Below, piece by piece: positions 29,205-40,470 of a stretch of 64,000 nucleotides of DNA. A model generated the notes under the pieces. The model worked only from the letters and a program-made list of their open reading frames with translations, made no database searches and was not told where the DNA came from. The translations under genes were made by a program, and so were the position numbers. Positions within the stretch are counted from its first letter, which is position 1; every line of letters begins with the position of its first letter. The stretch comes from Opitutales bacterium. GTDB lineage: Bacteria; Verrucomicrobiota; Verrucomicrobiia; Opitutales; PNEW01. The DNA lies in the NCBI GenBank assembly GCA_965197745.1, contig CBDANS010000006.1, positions 1 through 64,000 of the forward strand, in the 5' to 3' direction.

Positions 29205-30674
29205 TTATGCTGACACTTGCTGGCGATCGGCTACAGCCCACCTATATATATCATTGTATAAAGCGGCTGATCTATTCCAGGAAAAATTTTTCTTCATACC
29301 ATTGAGCTGTAATTTTCGAAATTCCCGTGGGTGGTCATAGTAAGTGGAACAGACCCACCCTAAAGTGTGGTAAAGAGCGTCTGGGGTGGGATCGTCATAA
29401 ATAAAACCGGTACCCTGTCCACTCCCTTCGACATACTGATCGACGGTATCAACGAGTCCGCCGGTTGAACGCACGAGGGGCGGTGTTCCATATGCCATGG
29501 CATACATCTGAGTCAGGCCACAAGGTTCAAAACGGCTGGGCACAAGCAGACAGTCGGCACCCGCGGTAAGGAGATGCGCTATCTCATCATTATAACCGAT
29601 AAAGGCGCCGATCTTATTAGTATAGTTTTGGGCATGAATACGAAAACTGTCCTGCAAATACGCTTCCCCCGTCCCAATGAGGGCAATTTGTACCTTTAAA
29701 TTTGCCATGACGCTAGGGATAATAGCCGAAAGTAGATCTAATCCTTTTTGCTCGTATAACCTTGATACCACGCCGAAGATCAGGGTATCAGCATTTTCCT
29801 CCAGACCCAGTTTACTTTGCAGGGCGGCTTTACATTTCTTTTTTCTTTTAAGACTACGTGGTGAATAGTGAACAGGTAGATAATGGTCGGTACGTGGGTC
29901 CCACAGTGAGGTATCAATACCGTTAAGAACACCAATAAGATCAGCAGCCCTGAATATCAGCACTTCGTTTAAACCATTCCCGTGTTCGGGAAGTTGAATT
30001 TCGCGAGCGTAGTTGGGACTGACCGTAGTAATTTTGGTCGCGTGATAGACACTCCCTTTTAACATATTAACTAATCCGTTCGCTTCCAGGCTATCAGACC
30101 GAAATTCGTTTTCAGGCAGCCCGGCAAAGTCGATTAATGCCGGAGAAAAGTACCCCTGGTGTTGTAAATTGTGAATGGTGAAAACGGTGGCCGTGCGTCC
30201 AAGAGGCGTGTCGCTATCAGTCGTATTCAAATAGACGGGGATGAAACCCGTCGTCCAATCGTGGCAGTGAATAACATCGGGTATCCAATTCAAATAAAGG
30301 CATAAGTTCAAACTTGCCCGATTAAAGAAAGCAAATCGTTGATCATTGTCATGATAGGCACCGACAGGACCATCATAGACACCCATCCGGTCAAAAAAAG
30401 GGTCGTATTGCAAAAAGAAAGCGCGGACCTTTGAGTCGGGTAGTGCGGTTTCCCAGACCTTCGCTTCCAGGTTGCGATAACCGAGATTAACATTGAGCGG
30501 TTGATCATGAACTTTCCATTGTTTATCTTTTGAAATAATTCCGTAAAGCGGACAGACCACACAAATATCATGACCGAGCTTTTCCAGTTCTTTGGGTAGA
30601 GAACCAATGACATCAGCAAGGCCGCCGACTTTAACGAAGGGAGCGACCTCGGGAGCAACAATTAAAATCTTCAT
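29205..30674 (-). CDS. glgA: Glycogen synthase
   Basis: KVGGLADV, HCHDW, FTIHN, SRFEPCGLTQM, STGGLVDTV motifs. Confidence 0.95.
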   Translation of the reverse strand: MKILIVAPEVAPFVKVGGLADVIGSLPKELEKLGHDICVVCPLYGIISKDKQWKVHDQPLNVNLGYRNLEAKVWETALPDSKVRAFFLQYDPFFDRMGVYDGPVGAYHDNDQRFAFFNRASLNLCLYLNWIPDVIHCHDWTTGFIPVYLNTTDSDTPLGRTATVFTIHNLQHQGYFSPALIDFAGLPENEFRSDSLEANGLVNMLKGSVYHATKITTVSPNYAREIQLPEHGNGLNEVLIFRAADLIGVLNGIDTSLWDPRTDHYLPVHYSPRSLKRKKKCKAALQSKLGLEENADTLIFGVVSRLYEQKGLDLLSAIIPSVMANLKVQIALIGTGEAYLQDSFRIHAQNYTNKIGAFIGYNDEIAHLLTAGADCLLVPSRFEPCGLTQMYAMAYGTPPLVRSTGGLVDTVDQYVEGSGQGTGFIYDDPTPDALYHTLGWVCSTYYDHPREFRKLQLNGMKKNFSWNRSAALYNDIYRWAVADRQQVSA

Positions 30675-30701
30675 TCTCGCAATTTTACTTGAAGTGAAGA
30701 T

Positions 30702-31484
30702 TCATACTTTGATCGTTACTTGCTCAATGCTGTCGGCCATTCCGGTCTTAGCATTTAAATTGACGAGACATCCACAGAGGCGAACATCATTTTCCGCAAC
30801 CGGGCATTTACGAGGCATACCATCTAAAAAGCGGGCAACTATGGGTTGAATTTCCCGGCCGAGGACGGATTTATAGGGTCCAGTCATACCGACATCGGTA
30901 ATGTAAGCGGTACCCCGGGGAAGGACCGTGGCATCAGCAGTAGGAATATGGGTGTGCGTTCCTAAAACGGCCGAGGCACGGCCATCGAGATACCAACCAA
31001 GGGCAATTTTTTCGGAAGTCGTTTCCGCGTGAATTTCCACGAGGACGGCATCTACCTTATCTTTTAATTCCAGTATTAATTGTTCAGCAGTATGAAACGG
31101 GCAAAGCGGCTTAGGGAGCATGAAGTGTCTGCCCAGCACCGTAAAAACCCCCAGGCGAAAACTGTTGCGCTCAATTATGAGGAGATCACGCCCGGGGCAA
31201 GTGTTGGGCAGATTAGCAGGACGACAGACGCGATCGAGATCATCGATATCGTTTTCAAATCCCCGTTGGTCCCAGGTGTGATCACCCAATGTAATCGCGT
31301 CGATACCGTCATTCAACAGATCTATTGATATGGCCGCGGTAAGTCCGGCCCCTCCCGCAGCATTTTCTCCGTTAGCGACAACAAAATCCACCGCCATTTT
31401 TTCGCGCAATGCGGGAAGATGCTCAGATATAAAGGTTCGACCGGGTCGGCCAACTATATCACCAATAAATAATAATTTAGGCAT
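30702..31484 (-). CDS. ymdB: YmdB/TIGR00282 family metallophosphoesterase
   Basis: [36 protein letters not shown]. Confidence 0.9.
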   Translation of the reverse strand: MPKLLFIGDIVGRPGRTFISEHLPALREKMAVDFVVANGENAAGGAGLTAAISIDLLNDGIDAITLGDHTWDQRGFENDIDDLDRVCRPANLPNTCPGRDLLIIERNSFRLGVFTVLGRHFMLPKPLCPFHTAEQLILELKDKVDAVLVEIHAETTSEKIALGWYLDGRASAVLGTHTHIPTADATVLPRGTAYITDVGMTGPYKSVLGREIQPIVARFLDGMPRKCPVAENDVRLCGCLVNLNAKTGMADSIEQVTIKV

Positions 31485-31717
31485 AAAAAAGTAGCATCAT
31501 GAAATGTTTGTATCTATATTCAAATAACGCAGTTTGCATTTCATTTTCTTAAGAACAAACTAAAAGTGGAATTGCGAGTAAAGAACACACCTGCCTATGC
31601 CGAGTAAAGAAGCTTGCATTTCATATGATCACCTGACTTAATCACCTGCTTTTTTCGGATGGAATACCACGGTGCACTCATTTCTATTAAGCGAAATATC
31701 TTTATCAGACAAAATTA

Positions 31718-33487
31718 ATGAAACCAAAACCTATAGTCTCATTTCCTAAACAGGACGAAGTCGGTCCAGAAATGGTAGGAGCAGATGCGCTCGTGAATGC
31801 TTTAGAGCGTGAGGGTGTTAAAGTTATATTTGCCTATCCCGGCGGTGCCTCGATGGAATTACACCAATCGTTTAACAAGTCAAAAGAGATACGCACTATT
31901 CTTCCCAGATTTGAACAGGGAGGAGGGTTTATGGCGCACGGGTATGCCCGCGCAACGGGGAAACCGGGAATATGTGTAGCCACGAGTGGGCCTGGCGCGA
32001 CAAATCTTGTCACTTGCATTACCGACGCATTTATGGACAGCATTCCACTCATTGCCATCACCGGGCAAGTTCATCAGTGGAATATTGGTAAAGCGGCATT
32101 TCAGGAAACAGATTTTTTCGGCATGACCGTTCCGGTTGTGAAACACAGCTACCTTGTGCTCAATGCCAGCGATATTCCTCGTATCGTCAAAGAGGCATTC
32201 CACATTGCAAACACGGGTCGCCCTGGACCTGTGCTTATCGATATCCCAAAAGATGTTCAGCAGGATAGAATTAAACCTACTTTTCCTGCGGAAATAAATC
32301 TACCGGGATATCGTGATCCCCCCCGTGCCAGTGACGAGGAGTTAAATGAGATCCTACCTCTTTTAGAAAAAGCAAAGAAACCCGTCATATATTCCGGAGG
32401 CGGCATTATTTCCGGAAAGGCGGAAAATGAACTTTTAGCCTTTGCCGAACTCACCGGAATTCCCGTGGCTACCACCCTGATGGGATTGGGCAGTTTTCCA
32501 GAAGCCCATCCGCAATCATTACGCTGGTTTGGCATGCACGGCACGGTGGCCGGTAATTGGGCCGTGTGTGAAAGCGATCTGCTCATTGTGGCGGGGGCTC
32601 GATTTGACGACCGTGTCACAGGCGCTCCCGCGAGTAAATTTGCCCCCGATGCAACGATCGTGCACATAGACATCGATCAAAGTGAGCACCATAAGAACAA
32701 AATTGTGAAATATCCCATTCATTCAGATATTAAATATGCCCTCGGGCGTCTGCATGAATTAGCGCAAAGTAATAATTTTAAAAAACCCGATATCTCCAAA
32801 TGGTATACGAAGATAAGTAAATGGCAGAAGAAACATCCTTTTAAATACGAGAAAAGCAAATATATCCTGGCCCAGGAAGCTATTGAGATACTTTACGAAG
32901 AGACTAAAGGTGAAGCTATTTTAACAACGGGTGTAGGGCAGCATCAAATGTGGGCTGCGCAGTTCTATCAATTCCATAAATCAAGAAGTTATATCAGTTC
33001 GCTGGGTTTAGGAACCATGGGTTTTGGATTGCCTGCTGCGATTGGAGCTAAAGTGGCGTGTCCCGACCGTGTGGTTATCGATGTGGATGGCGATGGTTCA
33101 TTTCTCATGAATGTGCAGGAACTCGCCACCGCGGTGGTGGAAAAAATCCCAGTAAAAGTATTACTTTTAAACAACCAGCATCTTGGCATGGTCGTACAAT
33201 GGGAGGACTTGCTCTATGAAAGTGTCCGGGCCCAAACGATACTCGGTGATCCAACTAATATCGGCAGTCCCGAAAACAGAAGTGGTCTCTATCCGGACTT
33301 TGTGAAAATGGCTGAAAGCTTTGGTGTTAAGGCGCGCATGGTCATAAAGAAAGATGAGCTGCGCGAGGCTATTCGCGAAATGCTTGATCACGAGGGAACC
33401 TATCTTCTAGACGTTGTGGTTCCCTACACGGAGCATGTCCTCCCCATGATTCAACAGGGGAAATCGGCAAAAGAAATTCTCCTCTGA
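31718..33487 (+). CDS. ilvB: Acetolactate synthase, large (catalytic) subunit
   Basis: [37 protein letters not shown]...NN ThDP motif. Confidence 0.95.
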   Translation: MKPKPIVSFPKQDEVGPEMVGADALVNALEREGVKVIFAYPGGASMELHQSFNKSKEIRTILPRFEQGGGFMAHGYARATGKPGICVATSGPGATNLVTCITDAFMDSIPLIAITGQVHQWNIGKAAFQETDFFGMTVPVVKHSYLVLNASDIPRIVKEAFHIANTGRPGPVLIDIPKDVQQDRIKPTFPAEINLPGYRDPPRASDEELNEILPLLEKAKKPVIYSGGGIISGKAENELLAFAELTGIPVATTLMGLGSFPEAHPQSLRWFGMHGTVAGNWAVCESDLLIVAGARFDDRVTGAPASKFAPDATIVHIDIDQSEHHKNKIVKYPIHSDIKYALGRLHELAQSNNFKKPDISKWYTKISKWQKKHPFKYEKSKYILAQEAIEILYEETKGEAILTTGVGQHQMWAAQFYQFHKSRSYISSLGLGTMGFGLPAAIGAKVACPDRVVIDVDGDGSFLMNVQELATAVVEKIPVKVLLLNNQHLGMVVQWEDLLYESVRAQTILGDPTNIGSPENRSGLYPDFVKMAESFGVKARMVIKKDELREAIREMLDHEGTYLLDVVVPYTEHVLPMIQQGKSAKEILL

Positions 33488-33515
33488 TATAATTTAAATC
33501 TTAAACAAATTTATT

Positions 33516-33548
33516 AAAAGCCTCCATGTTTCGTGGAGGCTTTTTTTT
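33516..33548 (+). terminator. Intrinsic terminator after ilvB
   Basis: AAAAGCCTCCATG-TTT-CGTGGAGGC followed by T8. Confidence 0.85.
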
Positions 33549-33672
33549 GGAAACCAGTTATATCAACCCCATGCCTTTGACCTTTAAGAGAAGACGACCC
33601 CATAAAGAGTCTTTCATTTTTTCATTGTCTTTATCGGTCAGGATTCCCATAAGCCAATATTCAATACCCGGT

Positions 33673-35562
33673 ATGCAGTTTTTCTTAATACTCATTATTC
33701 TATTCTTAGAACTGACCACGATAAATTGTCACTCAGTCAGGGGAGCGATCGGAGACCCAGGTGAGGTCGAAGCTTTTTTCGATGAATGGTTAGTGGAGAA
33801 AATGGAGAGTAATCACGTGCCTGGCGCGGTTGTCGCGGTTGTCAAAGACGGTAAAACAACCTTGCTTAAAGGCTATGGCTACGCCGACTTGAAAGAACAA
33901 AAGACGATGGATCCGGCAAAGACCTTAATACGCGTAGGATCCATATCCAAGCTGGTGACGGCAACAGCAGCGTTGCAACTTTTTGAACGCAACCTTCTCG
34001 ATCTCAATACTGACGTCAGGGATTATATTGAAGCGGATATTATAGCCGCTTATAACGATTCCATAACAGTCCATCATTTGCTTACGCACACCGGGGGTCT
34101 CGGTGAAAGATTTTACGGGCAAACCGTAAAAGACTCTGCGGATTTACTCCCCCTAGGCTTATTTCTCGGTCAAGAGATGCCGCCACCGCTTGCGGACCCG
34201 GGAGCGGTAATCAATTACTCAAACTACGGCATTTCACTGATCGGTTATGTGGCAGAAAAAATCAGTGGTCAATCGTATGCCACATACGCGCAAGAAAATA
34301 TATTTAAACCATTAGGCATGATAAATACCAATTACATTCCAACACCGGATCGGGATTCTGAAGTGGCGACGGGGTACAATTATGTATTTGGGGGATACCG
34401 GAATTTACCGCGGGGACATTGGAAACCTTATCCAGCATCATCACTGGTTACGACGGCGCAAGATATGGCCCGGTTTATGATTGGTCATTTGAATTATGAT
34501 TCTATGGACGAAACCGGGGGAGAGCGGAAACTTTTTATGCATGCAAAGACCAACCAGTATATGCACCAGGAGCATCACACGCTCAATCCCCATCTCCCCG
34601 GAATAGCCTATGGCTTCTGGATCTACGAGGAAAATGGTCAGCGCGTGCTATGGCATACGGGGCATATGCCGGGACATAGAAGCGCATTAATTCTAATCCC
34701 CGAACACCGATTTGGAATATTTCTGAATTACAACGCAGATCCAAAATTTTTAAACGAATATCTAAGCGCTTTACTGCAGCGTATTTTTCCCGCTGAGAGA
34801 GCGGAGATTCAAACCTCAAATAAAAGTAGCGACGGATTCAATGCATCTCTTTACACGGGAAGTTACCGTCATAATTGGTACCCGCGAACATCACCGGGTA
34901 AAGCATGTGCATTAGTAGGCATTCAAGGGAAGGAGATTAAAGTTAAAAACGCGGGGAATGGAGCGTTGTTCATCGACGGCATACTCAGTCTCCCAATCGG
35001 AACGAGCCTCTTCAAACAGATAACAAATAATAAAAGTGTGGCTTTTATTCAGGGTGATGAAGATGGGTCTGCCCATCTCTATTTTGGAGGCGTAGAAGTA
35101 TATAATAAAATTAAATGGTTTGAAACCGTGTGGTTTCACCGTGGCCTGATAGCAGGTTTAATCCTTTTCTTCGCCTTTTCTGCCCTGATATTTTTTATTT
35201 TAATTATAAAATCTCGGAAACAAAAAGATGAAAAGGGTAATTCGCCCACACCGACAGGCGTCTGGCAATTTGCATTTCTCGTGGCGGCATTCCCTGTAGT
35301 TTTTTTCGTCGGAATATTTGTTCTCACTTCTTTTGGCGCATACAAGATGGTCGAAGAAATGCCCAAAGTGTTATATGTGATACTGAGCGTTCCATTTTTT
35401 AATTTTGCCGCTTGCGCCGGTCTTATCTATCAGTCTGCTAAAATGTGGACGAACACCCGTTTTAGAAGGGGTGAAAAAACTTTGGTCATGCTCATATTAA
35501 TCAGTTCCCTGGTTTTTGCCTGGGGACTCGATCACTGGAATTATTTAGGTTATCACTTTTAA
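33673..35562 (+). CDS. Serine hydrolase (class C beta-lactamase/PBP-like) with three C-terminal TM helices
   Basis: GSISK (SxxK), HLLTHTGG, YSN, WHTG; ATG 33673 gives a signal peptide, whereas the ORF-track start 33526 lies inside the ilvB terminator. Confidence 0.85.
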   Translation: MQFFLILIILFLELTTINCHSVRGAIGDPGEVEAFFDEWLVEKMESNHVPGAVVAVVKDGKTTLLKGYGYADLKEQKTMDPAKTLIRVGSISKLVTATAALQLFERNLLDLNTDVRDYIEADIIAAYNDSITVHHLLTHTGGLGERFYGQTVKDSADLLPLGLFLGQEMPPPLADPGAVINYSNYGISLIGYVAEKISGQSYATYAQENIFKPLGMINTNYIPTPDRDSEVATGYNYVFGGYRNLPRGHWKPYPASSLVTTAQDMARFMIGHLNYDSMDETGGERKLFMHAKTNQYMHQEHHTLNPHLPGIAYGFWIYEENGQRVLWHTGHMPGHRSALILIPEHRFGIFLNYNADPKFLNEYLSALLQRIFPAERAEIQTSNKSSDGFNASLYTGSYRHNWYPRTSPGKACALVGIQGKEIKVKNAGNGALFIDGILSLPIGTSLFKQITNNKSVAFIQGDEDGSAHLYFGGVEVYNKIKWFETVWFHRGLIAGLILFFAFSALIFFILIIKSRKQKDEKGNSPTPTGVWQFAFLVAAFPVVFFVGIFVLTSFGAYKMVEEMPKVLYVILSVPFFNFAACAGLIYQSAKMWTNTRFRRGEKTLVMLILISSLVFAWGLDHWNYLGYHF

Positions 35563-35620
35563 ATAATTTATGGCATGGGTCCGGCTCATCGATTGAAAAG
35601 ACGATTATCTCAGGTGATGA

Positions 35621-36376
35621 TTAATTATCCATGATTAAAATTTGGGGTGTCTCAACCTCCTCATCCAAGAGTCGATATTGTAATTCAATTGCTCCATCCA
35701 AAGCCGGGGGAAAGAAAAAGAGGAGGTAACGGTGACTGCGTTCGAAATTTAAGGGAAGATTAAATCCAGGAACCATTTTCCCGTTGATCTTATACCAAAG
35801 GGTAACAGGCAATTTATTACGCACGCTCAATGGTAACGATGGTCCAATCTTCAACTTTACTTTTTCCGGGCCCATTAATCCTTCCAATAAATGCCCTGAT
35901 AGATTGTAGACCACCATCGAATTATTCGGCAGATTTAACGCACTGTCATCAAAAACATTAATTTTAAATTCCGAATAATTTTTCCCGCTCTCAGCATTTC
36001 TTATAAAAACGAAGAGGGGGCTTTTCATGGTGGGAGGCACCGCTATTGATCCCACCTGTTTTTTTATTTTCTTAACACTGTCCAGTGGATCGATTTCATA
36101 ACGGTAAAAGATAATGGGATCACTCCCTAAATATTGGTAATAAGGTGATCGCGTAACGGTGTAGAAGCGCAGGGGAATCGGCTCAATGGTTAAGTGCTTA
36201 TTCTTATGGGAAGATTTTATAGAGTAAGTATCGAAATAAATACCGCGGAGCTTTTTATAGGCATATACCCTGAACGTGAGCTCTCGGTATAGCTGCGTAT
36301 CACCTTGACCTGAAGCGACCAAGGGAGAAACGCTTAAAATCAGCTGCAGTGTCAGATATCCGACCAATTTAGCCAA
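35621..36376 (-). CDS. Hypothetical secreted protein, co-transcribed with the upstream pilin-like gene
   Basis: 251-aa ORF with N-terminal signal-like segment overlapping the end of 36352-39321. Confidence 0.55.
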   Translation of the reverse strand: MAKLVGYLTLQLILSVSPLVASGQGDTQLYRELTFRVYAYKKLRGIYFDTYSIKSSHKNKHLTIEPIPLRFYTVTRSPYYQYLGSDPIIFYRYEIDPLDSVKKIKKQVGSIAVPPTMKSPLFVFIRNAESGKNYSEFKINVFDDSALNLPNNSMVVYNLSGHLLEGLMGPEKVKLKIGPSLPLSVRNKLPVTLWYKINGKMVPGFNLPLNFERSHRYLLFFFPPALDGAIELQYRLLDEEVETPQILIMDN

Positions 36377-39321
36377 CGGAATTGAATTATATGAAAGCGA
36401 CGTCCGAACCTGTCGGGGGACGGAGCAACAATGTTATCATGTGTATTGACCGTTTCAGGCAGGCGCTGTACTAAGGCCTCGCACCAGGCACGCCCCTCGG
36501 TAACAGGTTGTCCTTCACGATCACGCGTAACTGGATTGAGAATATCTCCATAAGCTCTGATCAGAAAGGTGTCAGAGCGAACAGTAATAAAGGGAGCGAT
36601 AGCGGTAATAATATCTGCCTGTGAAAGATCGTAGGAGGAAAATTTATCAATATCAACGATGTCACCTTCTACCTGCCACAATCCAATGTCATCGATGTCC
36701 GCAATGGCCGCTTCAATCACACTCATCTCATTTGAGTTTGACTCATCCAATGGACCGATAAATTCACCCAGAGTACGAAAAGGCAACCCTTTGGATCCCT
36801 TTATGCGCAATCGCTCAACAATCCCCTCGGCTAATTTATCGACTTCATTAGAAGACAGTCCTCTCAACCCCCGACGATAAATTTTTGTGGGAAAAACTGT
36901 GGCGCCCGTATCATAAGGATCCTGCTCAACATCAGGCGCATTATAGGTCTCTTGGGCGCTTTGTGACAAACGCAAATAAGAAGCAGCAAGATCTATAGTA
37001 GAGGTGCTTTGAGGTGTCGCGTTTTTATTGTCTAACTCAAGAAAATTCCAGTTTTTAATTTTCAAAGAATTTAATACTGATTTCCACGCTTGTATTGAAG
37101 TCGAGTTAACATTAAATGCACCTTCGATGAGAAAGTAACGCCCGGACCCCGTCCCGGATAAAATAATTTCATTCAAACCCGGTAAAGTCATTGGATTATT
37201 CCCATGAAGAATGAGCCAGGGATTTGGGAGAGGAAGCTTTGGATCAAAGTTTGTATAATCTCCGTTGCGTGGAAAAACGGAGAGGAAATACAGATCGAAA
37301 ATACTTCTCCAACGTTTGGAGCTCCATCGGTTACCTATGGAGAACGGTCTTTCACCCGAAATGAAAAGATGCTGCAATGATCCCAGGGAAAAGGAGTCCT
37401 GACGCGGCAGTTCAAAGAGTGGAATATTCTCAGAAGGTTGACGGAAGTTAGGGCCAGAGCGACGATCAAATATGTGAGAGGGTGCCGAAGTCTTCACATT
37501 CACGCCGCCGAATAGTTCCGGTTCCGCGGGGGTAACACCCTGGACGCTGGTGAAGGCTGATGAACTTAAGACCGGATCGCGGGGATCATGGTCGGCAAGC
37601 CACTGGCCCCGGCGGTTAACCGGATGCACGTGGCTGTCAATGGGTTCTTTCAACCTGAAGTGAAAACCGAAATTCATAGGCTTATGCCAGTGTTTGTAAG
37701 GAGCAACATCGATTTTGGAAAAGCGAATATCACGGTAATCCGCAAGCAGCGCTCGCTCATTTTCAGATAACCTGAGAGACAGTTTCAGATTGAGTGAAGT
37801 CTGCTCCGTATTCGATATTTCAAAACGCGTATCATTGCTGGTTTTACTGCGTATGGGCCCGTTCGCCGATTTGCTGGTATCGAGCCCATTGGCCTTACCC
37901 ATCGTAATTGCATTCAGATTCCACCTTCGTGAATCAAAGTTAGCCACAGGGGCTCCAGCCCAATTGAATATACGCCCCGGTAGCCAGCGTTCCTCGGCAG
38001 GAAACGGCAGACGAATGACCAGCGGATTATCTGGCTTAGATGAATCACCAAATAATCTCTGCAAATTAATACTGGTATTTCCCCCATTAGAGTCGACAAC
38101 AGAAATCACCGGTAATCCTGTAACCGCCAATTCGAGATCGCCCGCATTAAGCAGCCCAAGGAGGATTTCACTGGTGTAAGGATTCCACAATTCGAACAGG
38201 CATCTCAATCTCGCGAGTATTTTCGCAGATTTAATATCACTTCGAATATTGTTCTGAAAGAGCGCTTCGGTAAGGACCGGTGAGACTGTATGCAGAATTT
38301 CACCCATTTGAGTTATGTCAGAATCAAAGGGAGTGATGTAGTAATGTCTTACGGGGAGTGTAGACTCGCTCTTTTCTATTATATTGTGCTGGTACCGGTG
38401 AAAATCCAGGTAGCTTTCGAAACCTGAGCCAAGCAGAAAAGGTTGCAGGGAAAGATCTCTTTTCAGGCCCGCATCCGGACCCGTCAAAGTATTAGCGAGG
38501 ACACCAAAAGCCACGGTTGTCAGATCATGAAAATACTGATTTGTAATCTCACCAACGTTTGAATTCGCTTCATTTACTAAACCAGTGATAAGCTGCAGTT
38601 GCGACAACGAATGAATTCTTCGAAGGTTTGAATTAACTGATTCATAACCCTCACTCAACGGATTAAGCCCGGGAAATAATACTTCGCCACCTGTCTTCCA
38701 GGGTCCCAATTGACGATTATGAACCCGTTCCTCTTTATCACGATAGTTGATGACCACACCGCTACGGTTAATTTTCGCGATGCTCGCTTTTATGCTTTCA
38801 TCAGAAACCCAGAAGGCATAATGACCTCGTGTTTCGAGGCCGGAATCAACTTCCTTCGAGTTTGTACTGACAAATAAGGGTTCGCGTGGCAGGGTGATAA
38901 TTTCTGATGCGGTGTTTTTTCCCACCAGAACAATTTTATCTGCAACGGCCACTGAAGGATCAGGGTTTTTTCCAGATACCAGCCAGGTGACATCACCATA
39001 ATCAGGCGATTGGGTATCGACATTCCAAACTCCCGACCAGAATGGATTAACACTGTCATTCGTCAGGAAATCTGCGCGCGCGGTCACCCGCTGGTCGGGA
39101 CCTGCATGCCGTTGAATTTTACCTATGGCCAGGCGTAAAGCAAAGAGAGCGTTATCCCTGGCCTGTTTTTGATATAATCGCGTCTGTGTAGCACCGGTTT
39201 CTACACGACCGAGAGTGGACATGCTCAGAAATATGAGCACCAATAGGGCAGTCAGAGAGAGAATAATGACAAGAGCGAAGCCGCGTTTATTAATACTGGC
39301 TTTGGCTCTGTATTCCGTCAT
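36352..39321 (-). CDS. Large PilX/GspK-like protein (Verru_Chthon cassette protein A-like)
   Basis: KRG|FALVIILSL class III signal-like N-terminus, ARDNALFAL...GPDQRVTARA, WVSDESIK, GAFNVNSTS, and C-terminal TVRSDTFLIRAYG...AWCEALVQR...GRRF...FRWL recognised from verrucomicrobial proteins. Confidence 0.7.
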   Translation of the reverse strand: MTEYRAKASINKRGFALVIILSLTALLVLIFLSMSTLGRVETGATQTRLYQKQARDNALFALRLAIGKIQRHAGPDQRVTARADFLTNDSVNPFWSGVWNVDTQSPDYGDVTWLVSGKNPDPSVAVADKIVLVGKNTASEIITLPREPLFVSTNSKEVDSGLETRGHYAFWVSDESIKASIAKINRSGVVINYRDKEERVHNRQLGPWKTGGEVLFPGLNPLSEGYESVNSNLRRIHSLSQLQLITGLVNEANSNVGEITNQYFHDLTTVAFGVLANTLTGPDAGLKRDLSLQPFLLGSGFESYLDFHRYQHNIIEKSESTLPVRHYYITPFDSDITQMGEILHTVSPVLTEALFQNNIRSDIKSAKILARLRCLFELWNPYTSEILLGLLNAGDLELAVTGLPVISVVDSNGGNTSINLQRLFGDSSKPDNPLVIRLPFPAEERWLPGRIFNWAGAPVANFDSRRWNLNAITMGKANGLDTSKSANGPIRSKTSNDTRFEISNTEQTSLNLKLSLRLSENERALLADYRDIRFSKIDVAPYKHWHKPMNFGFHFRLKEPIDSHVHPVNRRGQWLADHDPRDPVLSSSAFTSVQGVTPAEPELFGGVNVKTSAPSHIFDRRSGPNFRQPSENIPLFELPRQDSFSLGSLQHLFISGERPFSIGNRWSSKRWRSIFDLYFLSVFPRNGDYTNFDPKLPLPNPWLILHGNNPMTLPGLNEIILSGTGSGRYFLIEGAFNVNSTSIQAWKSVLNSLKIKNWNFLELDNKNATPQSTSTIDLAASYLRLSQSAQETYNAPDVEQDPYDTGATVFPTKIYRRGLRGLSSNEVDKLAEGIVERLRIKGSKGLPFRTLGEFIGPLDESNSNEMSVIEAAIADIDDIGLWQVEGDIVDIDKFSSYDLSQADIITAIAPFITVRSDTFLIRAYGDILNPVTRDREGQPVTEGRAWCEALVQRLPETVNTHDNIVAPSPDRFGRRFHIIQFRWLNWSDI

Positions 39322-39546
39322 GCCTTAGGATAAACCTGACATTATATATTGGTGATCGTATCTATATAACGGAATAATACACACGTCACTTAAACGGGGG
39401 ACACTCCTTTTAACCGATCAATCGGAAATCCAGTAGCGTGTTATTTTATGCTCCAGTGATCAGATCAATGATCCTAACCTGCTACCGCAATTTATGGCCC
39501 GCAACAGGCAGCTCGAGAAACCCTGGTAGAGTAATCAGTAAACAAC

Positions 39547-40443
39547 CTAATTACTACCACCAGTGCCGGGAGTAATGTCTGGCTGATCCGATGGAGGTTG
39601 GACTGCTCCTCCGTCGCCATCGCCGTCTCCGTCGCCATCTCCATCTCCATCTCCATCGCCGTCTCCATCGCCGTCTCCATCTCCATCGCCGTCACCGTCT
39701 CCATCGCCAAACGACTCTAAAATCGCTTCTTCAAATGCTTCAAGCACTGCTTCCGCGGCTTCTCCGCTTTCGTTTACTGCTTCAGTCACGGCATCCGCTA
39801 CTTCAGCAGTAGCTTCTACCGTTGTACCATCATCTGATTGAAAGGTCAGGCCACTGCCAACGTCGGTAATGATTCCTTGTATATTCGTAAATCCGGTTCC
39901 ATCGAAGAAGGTTGCCTGGAAACCTGTTACATTCCCCGCAGCATCCATGATTAATACTAAATCGATAAGGGTTCCACGGATACCTGCAATTCCAGTTGGC
40001 GTTTCAATTTCAAAGAGTGACCCTCGATCTGTATTGAGCTTTTTAATACTGCCGACCAGATGACCGCTATCAAGCGTCAACCTGGTTTGAGACATGCTGG
40101 GTTCCTCGTCAGCACCCGTAATTTCTGAAGGATCCACTTCAAAGGGTTCCTGTAAAAACTGTTTGACCGATACTTTCGTTTTTTCCTGCAGGTTGACTGT
40201 TGAACCATTAGAGAAAAGAAGAATGGCGGATGAATTTTCCATCGTTTCCACCACTGCTCCCTAGGACAGTCTCATCCCATTATTCGCCACTTGTGCAGGT
40301 GCTTCAGGGCTTGTTTGATAAATAACTTCACCCTCAACACTGGCAATAATAATAATAACGCCTTCCTGCTGGGCAGTAGCCTGGAGCAAAAAGATAAGGG
40401 AAGAAAAAAAGACAAAAAGGAGTAAGGAGAATGATCGGTTCAT
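39547..40443 (-). pseudogene. FecR-domain secreted protein with acidic (GD)16 tail, interrupted by one in-frame TAG (40263-40261)
   Basis: ORFs 40261-40443 and 39547-40254 share a frame; signal peptide, VEGEV, ILLFSNGS, FEIETPTGIAGIRGT (FecR motif). Confidence 0.7.
39613..39708 (-). repeat. Hexanucleotide coding repeat (GGN GAY)16 encoding (Gly-Asp)16
   Basis: 96 bp of mixed GGCGAT/GGAGAC/GGAGAT/GGTGAC units. Confidence 0.9.
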
Positions 40444-40470
40444 ACAGCGTTCAGGTAGAGCTAAAAGATT

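Noticed and set aside
33526..33672. N-terminal 49-codon extension of the serine hydrolase in the ORF track
   Set aside because: That start lies within the ilvB terminator hairpin; ATG 33673 gives a proper signal peptide
33673..35562. Antibiotic-resistance beta-lactamase
   Set aside because: SxxK/YxN serine hydrolases with C-terminal TM helices are widespread peptidases or esterases; nothing in the sequence indicates resistance function
39492..39812. ORFs encoding METAMETAME and poly-His/Arg peptides
   Set aside because: These are alternative-frame and antisense readings of the (Gly-Asp)16 repeat
23796..40263. Three in-frame TAG interruptions (IS3 orfB, lyase-like gene, FecR gene) suggesting amber recoding or readthrough
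   Set aside because: Conserved genes such as rpe, msrP, rbsK and phoX end at TAG at their expected C-termini, and each interruption is explained by a single transition (CAG or TGG to TAG)
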